DNA of 64,000 nt from a virus: the IMG/VR virus record IMGVR_UViG_3300045988_146036, positions 1 through 64,000 of that record. One strand, 5' to 3'. The first letter of the stretch is position 1. The number at the start of each line of letters is the position of its first letter. A program made the position numbers and the translations under genes. Below the pieces are notes generated by a model. The model ran no database searches. It was given only the letters and a program-made list of their open reading frames with translations, and was not told the DNA's origin. Below are positions 55,342 to 64,000 of this stretch, piece after piece.

Positions 55342-56358
55342 TTAAGCAGTTTGAATAACTACTCCGTGAGTCGGATTCAGTACATCTGTACCCCAAATTC
55401 CGTACCATGCAATTTTCATTTCACGTCCGAAATCTTCGGTAGCATCTGTTCTAATTTCTGGTGCTAAGTTTTCAGCTAGGCAATAGTAATCTTCACCGAA
55501 AATTATAGCGGTATATACATCTTCTTGATTTTTACCTTTTGCTTTTAAGTCAGCATCATATCCTAATTCACTCTCTGCTGCTGCACCGTTAGGCATCATA
55601 GTTGTAACAACGAAACGAACGTCGTCAATACGTCCAATCTCACCATTAAACAGTTGTTCTGGTGCGCCATAGTTACTAGCATTTATCCATGCGGCATCGT
55701 CCCTTAAAGTACGTGCTTGGTGCGGATGAATTATAGCTACATAATATCCGTTGATTTTCGGAACATTGTTAGTAGTCAGTACCTCTACTGCATCTTTAAC
55801 AGTTGTTACTGAGAAATCATTTTTACCTGCTTCAATTTCGCCAATAGCATCAATTTTAGCAGCACCCTTTTCTCTACCAAAAAGTTTAGAGGTTCCAGTA
55901 CCACCTTTTACAGCAGCACTGCACAATTCTTTCTCAATAGTCTGCACATAGTTACGTGACAGTTGACGCATAGCTACTTCTAATTCGTCTACAAAAGAGA
56001 AGCGAATTGCTGCTTCGGTAATCATCACAGCAGTACCATGTTCAACAACTTTAATACTCTTTGTGCTAGAGCTTAAAGTTTGTGTCTTGATGTGTTTACC
56101 TTCTTCTAATGGTTCAGAAAGTTTTAAGTTGTTGTAAGTCAACATCTTAATTTCATTACCTGGGTTTGTAGTCAGCTCGGTTTTACGTGCTGCAAACTCA
56201 TAGAAGGTATATACAGGTTCTGCCATAAACAGAATTTCTTTGCTTAATACTGGGATTAAAGAATTAACCAGTTGAACAGCAGTACCACTATCTAATTCAG
56301 TTTCAGTAGTTTGAATGATAGTATTAATTTCATTTCCTAGCGGCCATCTTGTTGCCAT
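55342..56358 (-). CDS. major capsid protein (HK97-like fold)
   Basis: 338 aa after the scaffold gene; typical size and composition. Confidence 0.65.
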   Translation of the reverse strand: MATRWPLGNEINTIIQTTETELDSGTAVQLVNSLIPVLSKEILFMAEPVYTFYEFAARKTELTTNPGNEIKMLTYNNLKLSEPLEEGKHIKTQTLSSSTKSIKVVEHGTAVMITEAAIRFSFVDELEVAMRQLSRNYVQTIEKELCSAAVKGGTGTSKLFGREKGAAKIDAIGEIEAGKNDFSVTTVKDAVEVLTTNNVPKINGYYVAIIHPHQARTLRDDAAWINASNYGAPEQLFNGEIGRIDDVRFVVTTMMPNGAAAESELGYDADLKAKGKNQEDVYTAIIFGEDYYCLAENLAPEIRTDATEDFGREMKIAWYGIWGTDVLNPTHGVVIQTA

Positions 56359-56374
56359 TTATTCATCACTCCTA

Positions 56375-57019
56375 TTATTGCTTAAAGCCTTTAGCTCTTA
56401 TTGCTTTATATTCATCAAAAGACATATTATTAAGCTTTTCAATTAGGCTCTCTGTTTTTTCAGGCGCTTTAGGGCTAGATTTTGGTGTGGGCAACGGCGG
56501 TTTAGCAGCCTGTTTAGAATACTTCTCCTTAACCGTATTTTGTAAAGCCTTTACCTGTTCATAGGAAGCATCAATTTCTTCTTGTGTGTTTCCCTTTACA
56601 AGAGGTCTAAAATCTTCGTCAATGTCTTTGATTTTACCTGTTAAATATTTATTCAATTCTTCCGCAGCCTTGTATGCAGAAAAATCTTTCTCAGATTTTG
56701 CAAGCTTTGCTTTATACTCTTCTAGTTCTTTTTGCAATGCTTCAATGTCTTTACTACCTTCCAATTTTCCATCCTCCTTAGCTTTATTAATTCTAGCTTC
56801 TACTTCCTGTAAATCTTTATCACGCTTTGCAACATCTTTTTGCAAATTGCTTATAGTTAAGAAGTTTTCATTGCAAGCCTTAACCTTTTCAGCTAACTGT
56901 GACTTTAAATCTTCTAGGTTAGCATGTAACTTATCGCGCTCTTGTTTACGCGCTTTCTCGATTTCCGCTTGAATATCAATACTTGGGTCTACATTTGGAT
57001 TCGTATTTGGTTCTGCCAT
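56375..57019 (-). CDS. scaffolding protein
   Basis: Lys/Glu-rich coiled-coil, 214 aa between portal and capsid genes. Confidence 0.55.
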   Translation of the reverse strand: MAEPNTNPNVDPSIDIQAEIEKARKQERDKLHANLEDLKSQLAEKVKACNENFLTISNLQKDVAKRDKDLQEVEARINKAKEDGKLEGSKDIEALQKELEEYKAKLAKSEKDFSAYKAAEELNKYLTGKIKDIDEDFRPLVKGNTQEEIDASYEQVKALQNTVKEKYSKQAAKPPLPTPKSSPKAPEKTESLIEKLNNMSFDEYKAIRAKGFKQ

Positions 57020-57171
57020 TTTTTCTAATCTCCTTTAAACTAATTATTTAGAATATTTTAGTTTCTTCTCTGCGGGTGGTACAGGTGAGTTTTTCTTAAA
57101 AGACTGCACTTTAGGCGCAGATACTTTCTCACTAGAACCCTTCACTTTAGTATAACTCATTAAAAAACCTC

Positions 57172-58767
57172 CTATTCCTTTGGGGGATTAATGTTTCCAA
57201 GTCCATTGTTTATCTTAGAATCTTTACCCTCACGTGTTCTTCCAACAGTGCCTTTTAAGTCTACCTGTGGACTAGCAGTCGACGTTGTTTGCGGCTGCTC
57301 TTTTTCTTTCACAATAACTTTGCCATCAAAAGTGCTAACAAGCCTGTTACCACTAGGCAAACTTACTGGCTGTATTCCATAGAATTGCGGATTATCTGCA
57401 ACATCTTGTTTAATGTTGGAGATTAAATTAGAAACATCATCTTTATAAAGTCTTGTCATAGCATCTTCCCTTGTTGTTAGACCTGCTTTTAACTCAGACT
57501 GTATCATTTCCAATTCTTTCGCCCTATCCCTTGGTAGAATATCTCCCCACCAAACTCTATGGTTATAGAAAATAAAGTTATCTGCTCTCTTTGGAACTTT
57601 AATCATTCCCTCTACAATACCTATTTTCATAATAACTTTATTTATCTGTACTATTGATTTTGCGCTTTGAACGCGCTTCTGATTTATTAAATCTGTTAGA
57701 GGCATAAAAGCAATTTCTAAAGCTACACCACTCAAATTGCTTGGCGCGCTTTCACCACCTATTGCAAGTTTTGGCATACTACCTACATTATAAATAGTAT
57801 CCATTACCCTATCAATGTAGTTATTAGAAGCTACTAAATCACCATCTAAACCTAAATTATATACCTTTGCTTTCTCTGGAACGCACCACATCTTATTAGC
57901 ACCACGCTCCAAATTATGCGGCTTTGCACCCTGTACAATCGTCGTAGGGGCAGCATTATAATCTAGAATTTGCGAAATATCACTTGTTTTCAGATTATAT
58001 TCAGTATTCAGATAAATTAAATCCTTTAAATCCGAACGACCAAACATTGAACCAGACTGTACTAAATTTCTGAAAGGTATAATGGGAATTACACCATACT
58101 TATTCGGATAAATCGCAACCTCATTGCTATTCTCAAAAATCGTTATTGACGAATTTGTGTAAACATAACGCATTATCTTCTGCTTATTCTTGCCTAAGAG
58201 TCCTGTATCATCCACAGCATACATAACTGTAACAGACTCTAAAGCATCAAAATCATCATTATAACCATCCTTATATTTTGGGAATACAAGGCTTGAAGGA
58301 ATTGCATAAAGACGTATACGTCCTTTCGGATACATACCAAAGGGGTCATTCATATCTTCGGCTTCCTCAAAAGCTACATGCACATAAGCATCCCCAGTTA
58401 CAGATTTTATCTGTCCAACCTTAGACATTAAATCAGAACCATTATTATCATCCCAAACATTATTTAAGAATGGTAACACAATTTCTTCTACCTTCTTATC
58501 GAACTTGAAAAGAAAGCCACTATTAAATTCTGTTGCAACATATTTATCTACAAAGCGTCCGCACCAGTTTGTTGTTACTTCTGGTCTATCATCTGATACT
58601 ATGCCTTCCCAGTGGTATCCATTATAAAAGTTCCAGTAGTCTGAATAGTCCCTAAGTCGTTGCTTATCTTCCTCATTCATATAAAGGCTCATCCTATCTG
58701 CTACTGCAAAAGGCGCAAATAACTTCTGCATGACCAATTTTCCTAAATTACTAATATTACTCACCAC
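57172..58767 (-). CDS. portal protein
   Basis: 531 aa directly downstream of the terminase large subunit (7-nt overlap). Confidence 0.6.
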   Translation of the reverse strand: MVSNISNLGKLVMQKLFAPFAVADRMSLYMNEEDKQRLRDYSDYWNFYNGYHWEGIVSDDRPEVTTNWCGRFVDKYVATEFNSGFLFKFDKKVEEIVLPFLNNVWDDNNGSDLMSKVGQIKSVTGDAYVHVAFEEAEDMNDPFGMYPKGRIRLYAIPSSLVFPKYKDGYNDDFDALESVTVMYAVDDTGLLGKNKQKIMRYVYTNSSITIFENSNEVAIYPNKYGVIPIIPFRNLVQSGSMFGRSDLKDLIYLNTEYNLKTSDISQILDYNAAPTTIVQGAKPHNLERGANKMWCVPEKAKVYNLGLDGDLVASNNYIDRVMDTIYNVGSMPKLAIGGESAPSNLSGVALEIAFMPLTDLINQKRVQSAKSIVQINKVIMKIGIVEGMIKVPKRADNFIFYNHRVWWGDILPRDRAKELEMIQSELKAGLTTREDAMTRLYKDDVSNLISNIKQDVADNPQFYGIQPVSLPSGNRLVSTFDGKVIVKEKEQPQTTSTASPQVDLKGTVGRTREGKDSKINNGLGNINPPKE

Positions 58768-60389
58768 CTATTGCGCATATAACGCCTTGTCCTTCCTCTT
58801 CTTGCACCCATAAGAGTATTAGAAGATGATTCTATAAATTTATTAGTAGAAATTTCTTCCACATCGCCTACTTGATGTTTCATGCTCCATACCATTAAAG
58901 CTGCACTAAATGGGTAATCATCATGTTTATTTCGCTCTTTAGGGGCAGCAACTACTAAATTGTTTCCCCTATAATCCTTTGTAAGTTCTACACACTGCTC
59001 TTGGAATTTCTTATACTCAATCGTGCTTTGTGTTTCCTCATTAGAAGGATAATGAAAACAGTTTGCATTAATGTAGGCATTAAAGTATTTCATTAACATA
59101 GATTTACTAGGAGGTGTGAAAACAAAAGGTATTACAGGGAAACTTACGTTAGCTGCTAACCTATCTGCAACAGGGCTTCCAACACCAGTGCCATCTATGA
59201 TGCACACTTTTACATTAAAATTCTTTAGATAGTCCATTATCTCATAAAATTGTTGTTCATAGTTATCACCAACAATTTCAAGCCAATCTATTATCTTTAC
59301 ATCATATATAACATAATCCTCTGCCCCAATCTCTTTGGATTTCTCTATAATTATTGGGTGGCTCTTATCTGCTATACCCACAGTAACAACAGTGCTATCA
59401 TTTGCCTTTCCAACATCTATTCCTACATAGCAGGGTTGGTCACAAGAATGTTGCCTACCTACCTTACTCATTGCAATAGGTTCTGCTAAGAATTTCTCAC
59501 TATTAATAAACATACCATAGCTAAATAGCCATTTTAGTTTATAGTTCATTAAAAATTCCTCACTGCCCTCACCCATCAATTCAATGGCTGCTTGGACAGT
59601 TTTAGCATAATAAGGATTATACTTTATAATAGTATCACTATCGTACTCTAAATGGTTTCTAAATGCAATTTTTCTTCCTTTCCATTTTGCCTTGTTTAAT
59701 TGAATAGCATCATAAAAGAAATTCTTCTTTATAGTTGGAGTACCAATTAAAATCTTTGTTCCGTTAAAATGGGAAGTAGTAGGAAAGATTGATTTCCTGT
59801 ACTTATAATTACTTATATCTTGGGATTCATCACAAATACATAAATGATATGTACCACCTTCGACATTTGCTCCATCACTAGCAGACTTACAAACGATTGA
59901 AGATTTTATATCTAAATTATTAAATATCAAGGTAATCTTATTTCCATTAAAAGTACCAAAACTAATATTAAATTCTGGACTTTCTAGTATCTCACGTGCT
60001 CTTGCACTTGAAAAGAAGTCCTTAACATTATCAAAGATAATCTGTGACTGGTCTTTACATGGGGCGAAAATACCTACCTTCATACCATCCCTAAACAACC
60101 TCAGCCGAGGGTCGTCTAAGAACATTGGCATATTTGCCAATATGGGAAGTATTATCATTACTGCTGCCGTTGTTAAAGATACTGTATAACTCTTACCACA
60201 CTGACGCGCCATAAGACCTGTAATAGTATCTTGGTCGTTCTCTAAAATAGCCCTAAAGATGCGTTGTGCAAACTCTACCTGATAAGCATAAAATCTTTTA
60301 CCGCATAATGTTTCTGCGAAAATTGTTATTTTTCTGACTAATTTAGTCGTAGAAAGTCGCTCACCTATACAGCTCATTTTATCCTCCAA
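58761..60389 (-). CDS. terminase large subunit
   Basis: Walker A LMARQCGKSYTV; terminase-type nuclease C-terminal half; likely start MSCIG with GGAGG RBS. Confidence 0.7.
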   Translation of the reverse strand: MEDKMSCIGERLSTTKLVRKITIFAETLCGKRFYAYQVEFAQRIFRAILENDQDTITGLMARQCGKSYTVSLTTAAVMIILPILANMPMFLDDPRLRLFRDGMKVGIFAPCKDQSQIIFDNVKDFFSSARAREILESPEFNISFGTFNGNKITLIFNNLDIKSSIVCKSASDGANVEGGTYHLCICDESQDISNYKYRKSIFPTTSHFNGTKILIGTPTIKKNFFYDAIQLNKAKWKGRKIAFRNHLEYDSDTIIKYNPYYAKTVQAAIELMGEGSEEFLMNYKLKWLFSYGMFINSEKFLAEPIAMSKVGRQHSCDQPCYVGIDVGKANDSTVVTVGIADKSHPIIIEKSKEIGAEDYVIYDVKIIDWLEIVGDNYEQQFYEIMDYLKNFNVKVCIIDGTGVGSPVADRLAANVSFPVIPFVFTPPSKSMLMKYFNAYINANCFHYPSNEETQSTIEYKKFQEQCVELTKDYRGNNLVVAAPKERNKHDDYPFSAALMVWSMKHQVGDVEEISTNKFIESSSNTLMGARRGRTRRYMRNRW

Positions 60390-60552
60390 TACAACGGAAA
60401 ATAGCCCTTGACAGGCTATTTAACTATTCTACAAAATAGAATCCGTATTTTACTCTAATTAATCTATTTTTATATTTTGGAATTTTCAAATAATTATTAT
60501 ACTCATTCTTTGTAATTCTTCTCATTAGAATAACTCCTTACTTTATATTTAC

Positions 60553-60581
60553 ATTATATCATAAAATTAACAGTTTGTCAA
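60553..60581 (-). promoter_or_regulatory. sigma-A type promoter TTGACA-N17-TATAAT
   Basis: Minus strand reads TTGACAaactgttaattttatgaTATAAT; drives a 35-aa ORF and the terminase gene. Confidence 0.55.
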
Positions 60582-60598
60582 TAGATGTTAATTTATTA

Positions 60599-61408
60599 TT
60601 AAGATTTCATTATCTGCATAAATTCATCATCTGTCCACAAAAACAAATCTGTACTTTTATGTCTATTACCTTTGTTCATCTGTGCTATAAAGCAGCCAGG
60701 TACACCAACACGCATACCATGATATTTTGCATAATTAGGGTAAACTTGAAAAGTACCGCTCCATACCTCATAAACAATTCTAGGGCAGGGTGTCTTTTCA
60801 AATTTGTTATGCTCTATAATAACCTTTTCCTTTTTATAGCGTTGATGATGATGCTCTCTCCACGTAACATCCGCATTTACCCAATCCCAAACACCATCAC
60901 GTTTAGGGGATAAATGCTGAATAAAATGTACGAAACAATTCTTGCCTACATTAAAATAAAGAAAGCAAAACTCTTCTTTATAAATGTCGGGCTTGCCTAT
61001 TAAAGTAGCTAACATCTTCTCTGGAGTAAAATAAACATCATGCTTCAATCTTCCCGCCCAATGATTACCCTCTATAATATAGAGGATTCTATCTGCATAG
61101 GGCTTTAAAATCTCAGCTAATTGGTATACTTGGTCGTCGCCAACACTCCACTCTTCATGTAGGTCACTCTTACTTAATTTAGTTGCGCCGTTACCTGCAT
61201 CACCACCAATTCCCACGTATAGATTAGGAATACTCATTAAATACTTAAATGTTTTCTCGAAAAGTTCTTTATTACATAAACCCCAATGTATGTCGCCTAA
61301 ATTTACAAAGTAGGCGACATCTGCTTCTGTTCTAAAACGCACGATATGCTTTTTTAAATCTTGGTAAATATAATCTTCTTTTGCTTTCATATATTCTCCC
61401 ATAAGCAC
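60599..61408 (-). CDS. calcineurin-like metallophosphoesterase (third)
   Basis: NLGDIHWG...GGDAGNG...GNHW motifs. Confidence 0.55.
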   Translation of the reverse strand: MLMGEYMKAKEDYIYQDLKKHIVRFRTEADVAYFVNLGDIHWGLCNKELFEKTFKYLMSIPNLYVGIGGDAGNGATKLSKSDLHEEWSVGDDQVYQLAEILKPYADRILYIIEGNHWAGRLKHDVYFTPEKMLATLIGKPDIYKEEFCFLYFNVGKNCFVHFIQHLSPKRDGVWDWVNADVTWREHHHQRYKKEKVIIEHNKFEKTPCPRIVYEVWSGTFQVYPNYAKYHGMRVGVPGCFIAQMNKGNRHKSTDLFLWTDDEFMQIMKS

Positions 61409-62496
61409 TCTTTAGTGTCTTTATTAAATCTAAATTCCTTAACCCTTGGGTGTCGCAGACTCTTAGTATTTTGATTTATAACTTCTTGGTATTCTACCTC
61501 TACAACAATGTCGAACATTTTAGAAGTATGTGTCTTAATAAACTCTTGGTCTGCATCACTAAAACCTTTAGCGGTGGTTACATAAGTAAGTTCTCCATTC
61601 TTATAAGCACCTAACTTCAAGCCTGCGACCCAACCCTTTGCATAGGTTTTAGTTACAGGTTCATCACCTTCCCAATACTGCCAACCACGAACGCGCAGCT
61701 CATCAACTGTAAATTTTCCAGTATACTTCTTTATCGGTGGTTCAAACCCCATTACAACTAAGTCCGCGGTTTTCTTCGCTTTAAATTTTAACCATTCCTT
61801 AGAACGCTTATCCTGCTTATAAATAGATGTAGGGGACTTTAAGATAAGCCCTTCACCACCACAACGTCTTATAATATCAAAGCAGTTTTTAAAAGAATCT
61901 ACTAATATTAGATTCTTTCCTATCTTTGCAGCAAGTCTATTATCCAAAAGATTGTATAATTCCTTCTTAAAATAGAACCTTGTAACCTCGTAACAGCTAT
62001 TTAGTACATAATCACCCATTTTAGTAAGATAATCTTCTAAGAGCATAAGAAATGAAATGCGCGTTAATAAAGGTTCTTTCTCTAGGTCAAGCCCTTGGAA
62101 CTTAATTACATCAAAAATCTTGTATTGTAATCTAGTACCTTGTTCCCATAATTCTTCTGCTCTTTCTGGTGTAGAACCCAACAACTGCTGCACCTTTGAA
62201 GAGTTTGTGTTACCGCCTTGCATTACAAGCTCACCATCAAAAATGCTATCTTTAAAGTCTGAAAATGGAAACGCACACATCTTTTTAAGCCTGTCTGTAT
62301 TATCTTCTTTTTCACCAGTGACTTTACTTGTACGTCTACTGTAAAAATGAACAAAACCTTGTTGGTCAACATACATTATTGCTCTATGTCCATCAAATTT
62401 TTCCTGTGCTAAAAAGTTAGGACTCTCTAAGGCATCCATATCCCCCTCTGCACAAAGCATAGGTGCAATGTTTGGATTGATACAACTATTTAGCAA
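61387..62496 (-). CDS. ATP-dependent DNA ligase
   Basis: Motif I EKFDGHRAIMY (KxDGxR), motif IV GGEGLILK, motif V WLKFK. Confidence 0.7.
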   Translation of the reverse strand: MLNSCINPNIAPMLCAEGDMDALESPNFLAQEKFDGHRAIMYVDQQGFVHFYSRRTSKVTGEKEDNTDRLKKMCAFPFSDFKDSIFDGELVMQGGNTNSSKVQQLLGSTPERAEELWEQGTRLQYKIFDVIKFQGLDLEKEPLLTRISFLMLLEDYLTKMGDYVLNSCYEVTRFYFKKELYNLLDNRLAAKIGKNLILVDSFKNCFDIIRRCGGEGLILKSPTSIYKQDKRSKEWLKFKAKKTADLVVMGFEPPIKKYTGKFTVDELRVRGWQYWEGDEPVTKTYAKGWVAGLKLGAYKNGELTYVTTAKGFSDADQEFIKTHTSKMFDIVVEVEYQEVINQNTKSLRHPRVKEFRFNKDTKECLWENI

Positions 62497-63058
62497 TTCG
62501 CATTACCTCCAAAACATTTAACACTGCCCTTTCAAGAGCTTCTTTTGTAGAATCATTTACTATTTTAAAATCCCATAACTTCCAATCGTCTAAATCTACC
62601 TCACTAGAATTAGAACGCTGTTTTGAAGTTAGATGATTTTTATAATTAGGACGTTCAACTCGTATTGTGACAACTGGAACATCGTTATCTTCACCAAATT
62701 TTAAGACCTGCTCAATCTCATTTTTATAGCGCGTATCAGGAATAACTACTAATAAGCCATCTGTTTCGCTTTTAAGAGAATGATTACAAGCGCTTCTTAG
62801 ACTACGCAGCATTTCATTTACCCAAATGTTTGGGTTATAATTCCTGCCGCCATCCCCAATCATTTGTAATAACGCTCTTCCTGCTTTATCCTTTTTACCA
62901 TCCCAACCAAAAGAATGTGTAGCGATAAACTTTACAGGACTTGCAAAGTGCCAATTATATGCGTTTCCAAATTTTGCTTGCTTACCTAATATAATATTCG
63001 CTACGGTATCTTTTCCGCTTTCAGCTTTACCACTAATTAAAATTATCATTTTCTTCAT
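62486..63058 (-). CDS. deoxynucleoside monophosphate kinase (T4 gp1-like)
   Basis: MKKMIILISGKAESGKDTVANII aligns to the T4 dNMP kinase N-terminus MKLIFLSGVKRSGKDTTADFI. Confidence 0.6.
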   Translation of the reverse strand: MKKMIILISGKAESGKDTVANIILGKQAKFGNAYNWHFASPVKFIATHSFGWDGKKDKAGRALLQMIGDGGRNYNPNIWVNEMLRSLRSACNHSLKSETDGLLVVIPDTRYKNEIEQVLKFGEDNDVPVVTIRVERPNYKNHLTSKQRSNSSEVDLDDWKLWDFKIVNDSTKEALERAVLNVLEVMRIAK

Positions 63059-63074
63059 AATATCACCTAATAAT

Positions 63075-63103
63075 ATTATAACATAAAATTAAATATTTGT
63101 CAA
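63075..63103 (-). promoter_or_regulatory. sigma-A type promoter TTGACA-N17-TATAAT
   Basis: Minus strand reads TTGACAaatatttaattttatgtTATAAT. Confidence 0.55.
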
Positions 63104-63505
63104 TACCCCTTTAAGAAAAAGCCCATTTACAATACACATATCTAAAGATGTTTCTATAAAACTTGTGGCTTTTAATTGTTTCATTTCCTTAATTGATTGC
63201 TCCGACATTCTTAAAGGCTTCTGTGGTGCATCATAAGGTAAATCATCTAGGAAGTACCTTATTAATACATCCCCAACACCTAAATCTGCACTAGGCTTAA
63301 ACCCCCTAGAAGTCATAACTAATACTCCTAGAGGGATATTTAAGTCACCGTTAATACAAATATAATCTAGCGAATCATTAACTTCTTTAAAAGGGCATTT
63401 CACTATTAAAGTTGTTTCGTCACTATAAAAACGTCCCACAGGTTTTGTAAGTAACATATCACCACGTTTAGGACTTATTACTGTTGAATCATTTAAAAGT
63501 TTCAT
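63089..63505 (-). CDS. hypothetical protein (138 aa); not NrdG (no Cys cluster)
   Basis: ORF overlapping the NrdD stop by 4 nt. Confidence 0.3.
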   Translation of the reverse strand: MKLLNDSTVISPKRGDMLLTKPVGRFYSDETTLIVKCPFKEVNDSLDYICINGDLNIPLGVLVMTSRGFKPSADLGVGDVLIRYFLDDLPYDAPQKPLRMSEQSIKEMKQLKATSFIETSLDMCIVNGLFLKGVLTNI

Positions 63506-64000
63506 AATACGCTAAAATCCCCACCTAAATGTACAAATCTGTCACGAATTTCTTCGGTACGTCCTTGATTCCAAAACTGACTTCCAATGTAACCACACGT
63601 CCTACGCGCAACATTCATTTTTGTCTTGTCTTTATTTCCACAATTCGGACACTCCCACTCTAGTCTGCCGTGGTCAGTAACAATCTTAATCTCACCATCA
63701 TATCCACAGACTTGACAATAATCACTCTTAGTATTTAATTCAGCATACATAATATTATCATAAATAAACTGAATAACCGTGATAACAGCATCTAAATTCT
63801 TAGTCATATCAGCACATTCAATATAGCTAATAGCACCACCTGGACTAAGTAATTGAAATTCAGATTCAAATTTCAATTTTGTAAAAGCATCTATTGGCTC
63901 TCTCACATGAACATGGTAACTATTAGTGATATAATCATGGTCTGTAATGCCTTTAATCTCACCAAAACGACTCTTTAAACATTTCGCAAATTTATAAGTC
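63502..64000 (-). CDS. nrdD: anaerobic ribonucleoside-triphosphate reductase NrdD, C-terminal part (5' end beyond the window)
   Basis: Zn ribbon CQVCGY...CPNCGN and glycyl-radical motif RTCGYIGS; the frame stays open to the window edge. Confidence 0.7.
   Translation of the reverse strand, partial: TYKFAKCLKSRFGEIKGITDHDYITNSYHVHVREPIDAFTKLKFESEFQLLSPGGAISYIECADMTKNLDAVITVIQFIYDNIMYAELNTKSDYCQVCGYDGEIKIVTDHGRLEWECPNCGNKDKTKMNVARRTCGYIGSQFWNQGRTEEIRDRFVHLGGDFSVL

Noticed and set aside
63089-63505. Possible NrdG activase or dUTPase after NrdD
   Set aside because: No CxxxCxxC for a radical-SAM activase, and dUTPase motifs are not convincingly present. Left hypothetical.
1-64000. Prophage boundaries, integrase, tRNA and CRISPR arrays
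   Set aside because: No tyrosine or serine recombinase motifs, no cloverleaf-like tRNA candidates in the intergenic gaps, and no regularly spaced repeat arrays. Uniform phage-like content runs to both window edges.

Overview
This 64 kb window is a dense gene array carried entirely on the minus strand. It looks like part of a large tailed (siphovirus-like) phage genome from a low-GC, spore-forming, anaerobic Firmicute; the host inference rests on an anaerobic ribonucleotide reductase fragment, a SpoVS homologue, AT-rich codon usage and strong Gram-positive ribosome-binding sites. There are no integrase, tRNA or CRISPR features in the window. Reading in transcription order from 64 kb down to 0, the modules are: (1) nucleotide metabolism, with a partial NrdD C-terminus, a dNMP kinase, an ATP-dependent DNA ligase and a metallophosphoesterase; (2) packaging and head, with large terminase, portal, scaffold and an HK97-like major capsid; (3) a lambda-like tail, with major tail protein, a G/GT-type chaperone carrying a candidate -1 frameshift site, a 1603-aa tape measure, gpM/gpL/gpK(NlpC-P60)/gpJ-like tip proteins and glycine-rich fibre proteins; (4) a late regulator, Q/N-rich proteins, a BclA-C-terminal-like protein, and a holin plus M15 endolysin; (5) replication and recombination, with an SF2 helicase, a DnaC-like loader, DnaB, primase, a gp32-like SSB, a family-A DNA polymerase interrupted by an HNH-bearing group I intron, RecA/UvsX and PD-(D/E)xK/Cas4-like nucleases; (6) a SpoVS homologue; (7) a DNA-modification and nucleotide island, with a QueE-like protein lacking the radical-SAM cysteines, a ThyX-like protein, a HAD nucleotidase, QueC, a 630-aa TGT/DpdA-like protein and an Rnl-type ligase; (8) a phage-encoded flotillin/SPFH protein, two tandem metallophosphoesterases and many small early ORFs. 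Fifteen near-identical consensus sigma-A promoters (TTGACA-N17-TATAAT, read on the minus strand) and several rho-independent terminators punctuate the array. The most unusual element is a radical-SAM/SPASM maturase embedded in the tail-fibre module, translationally coupled to two paralogous glycine-rich structural proteins.
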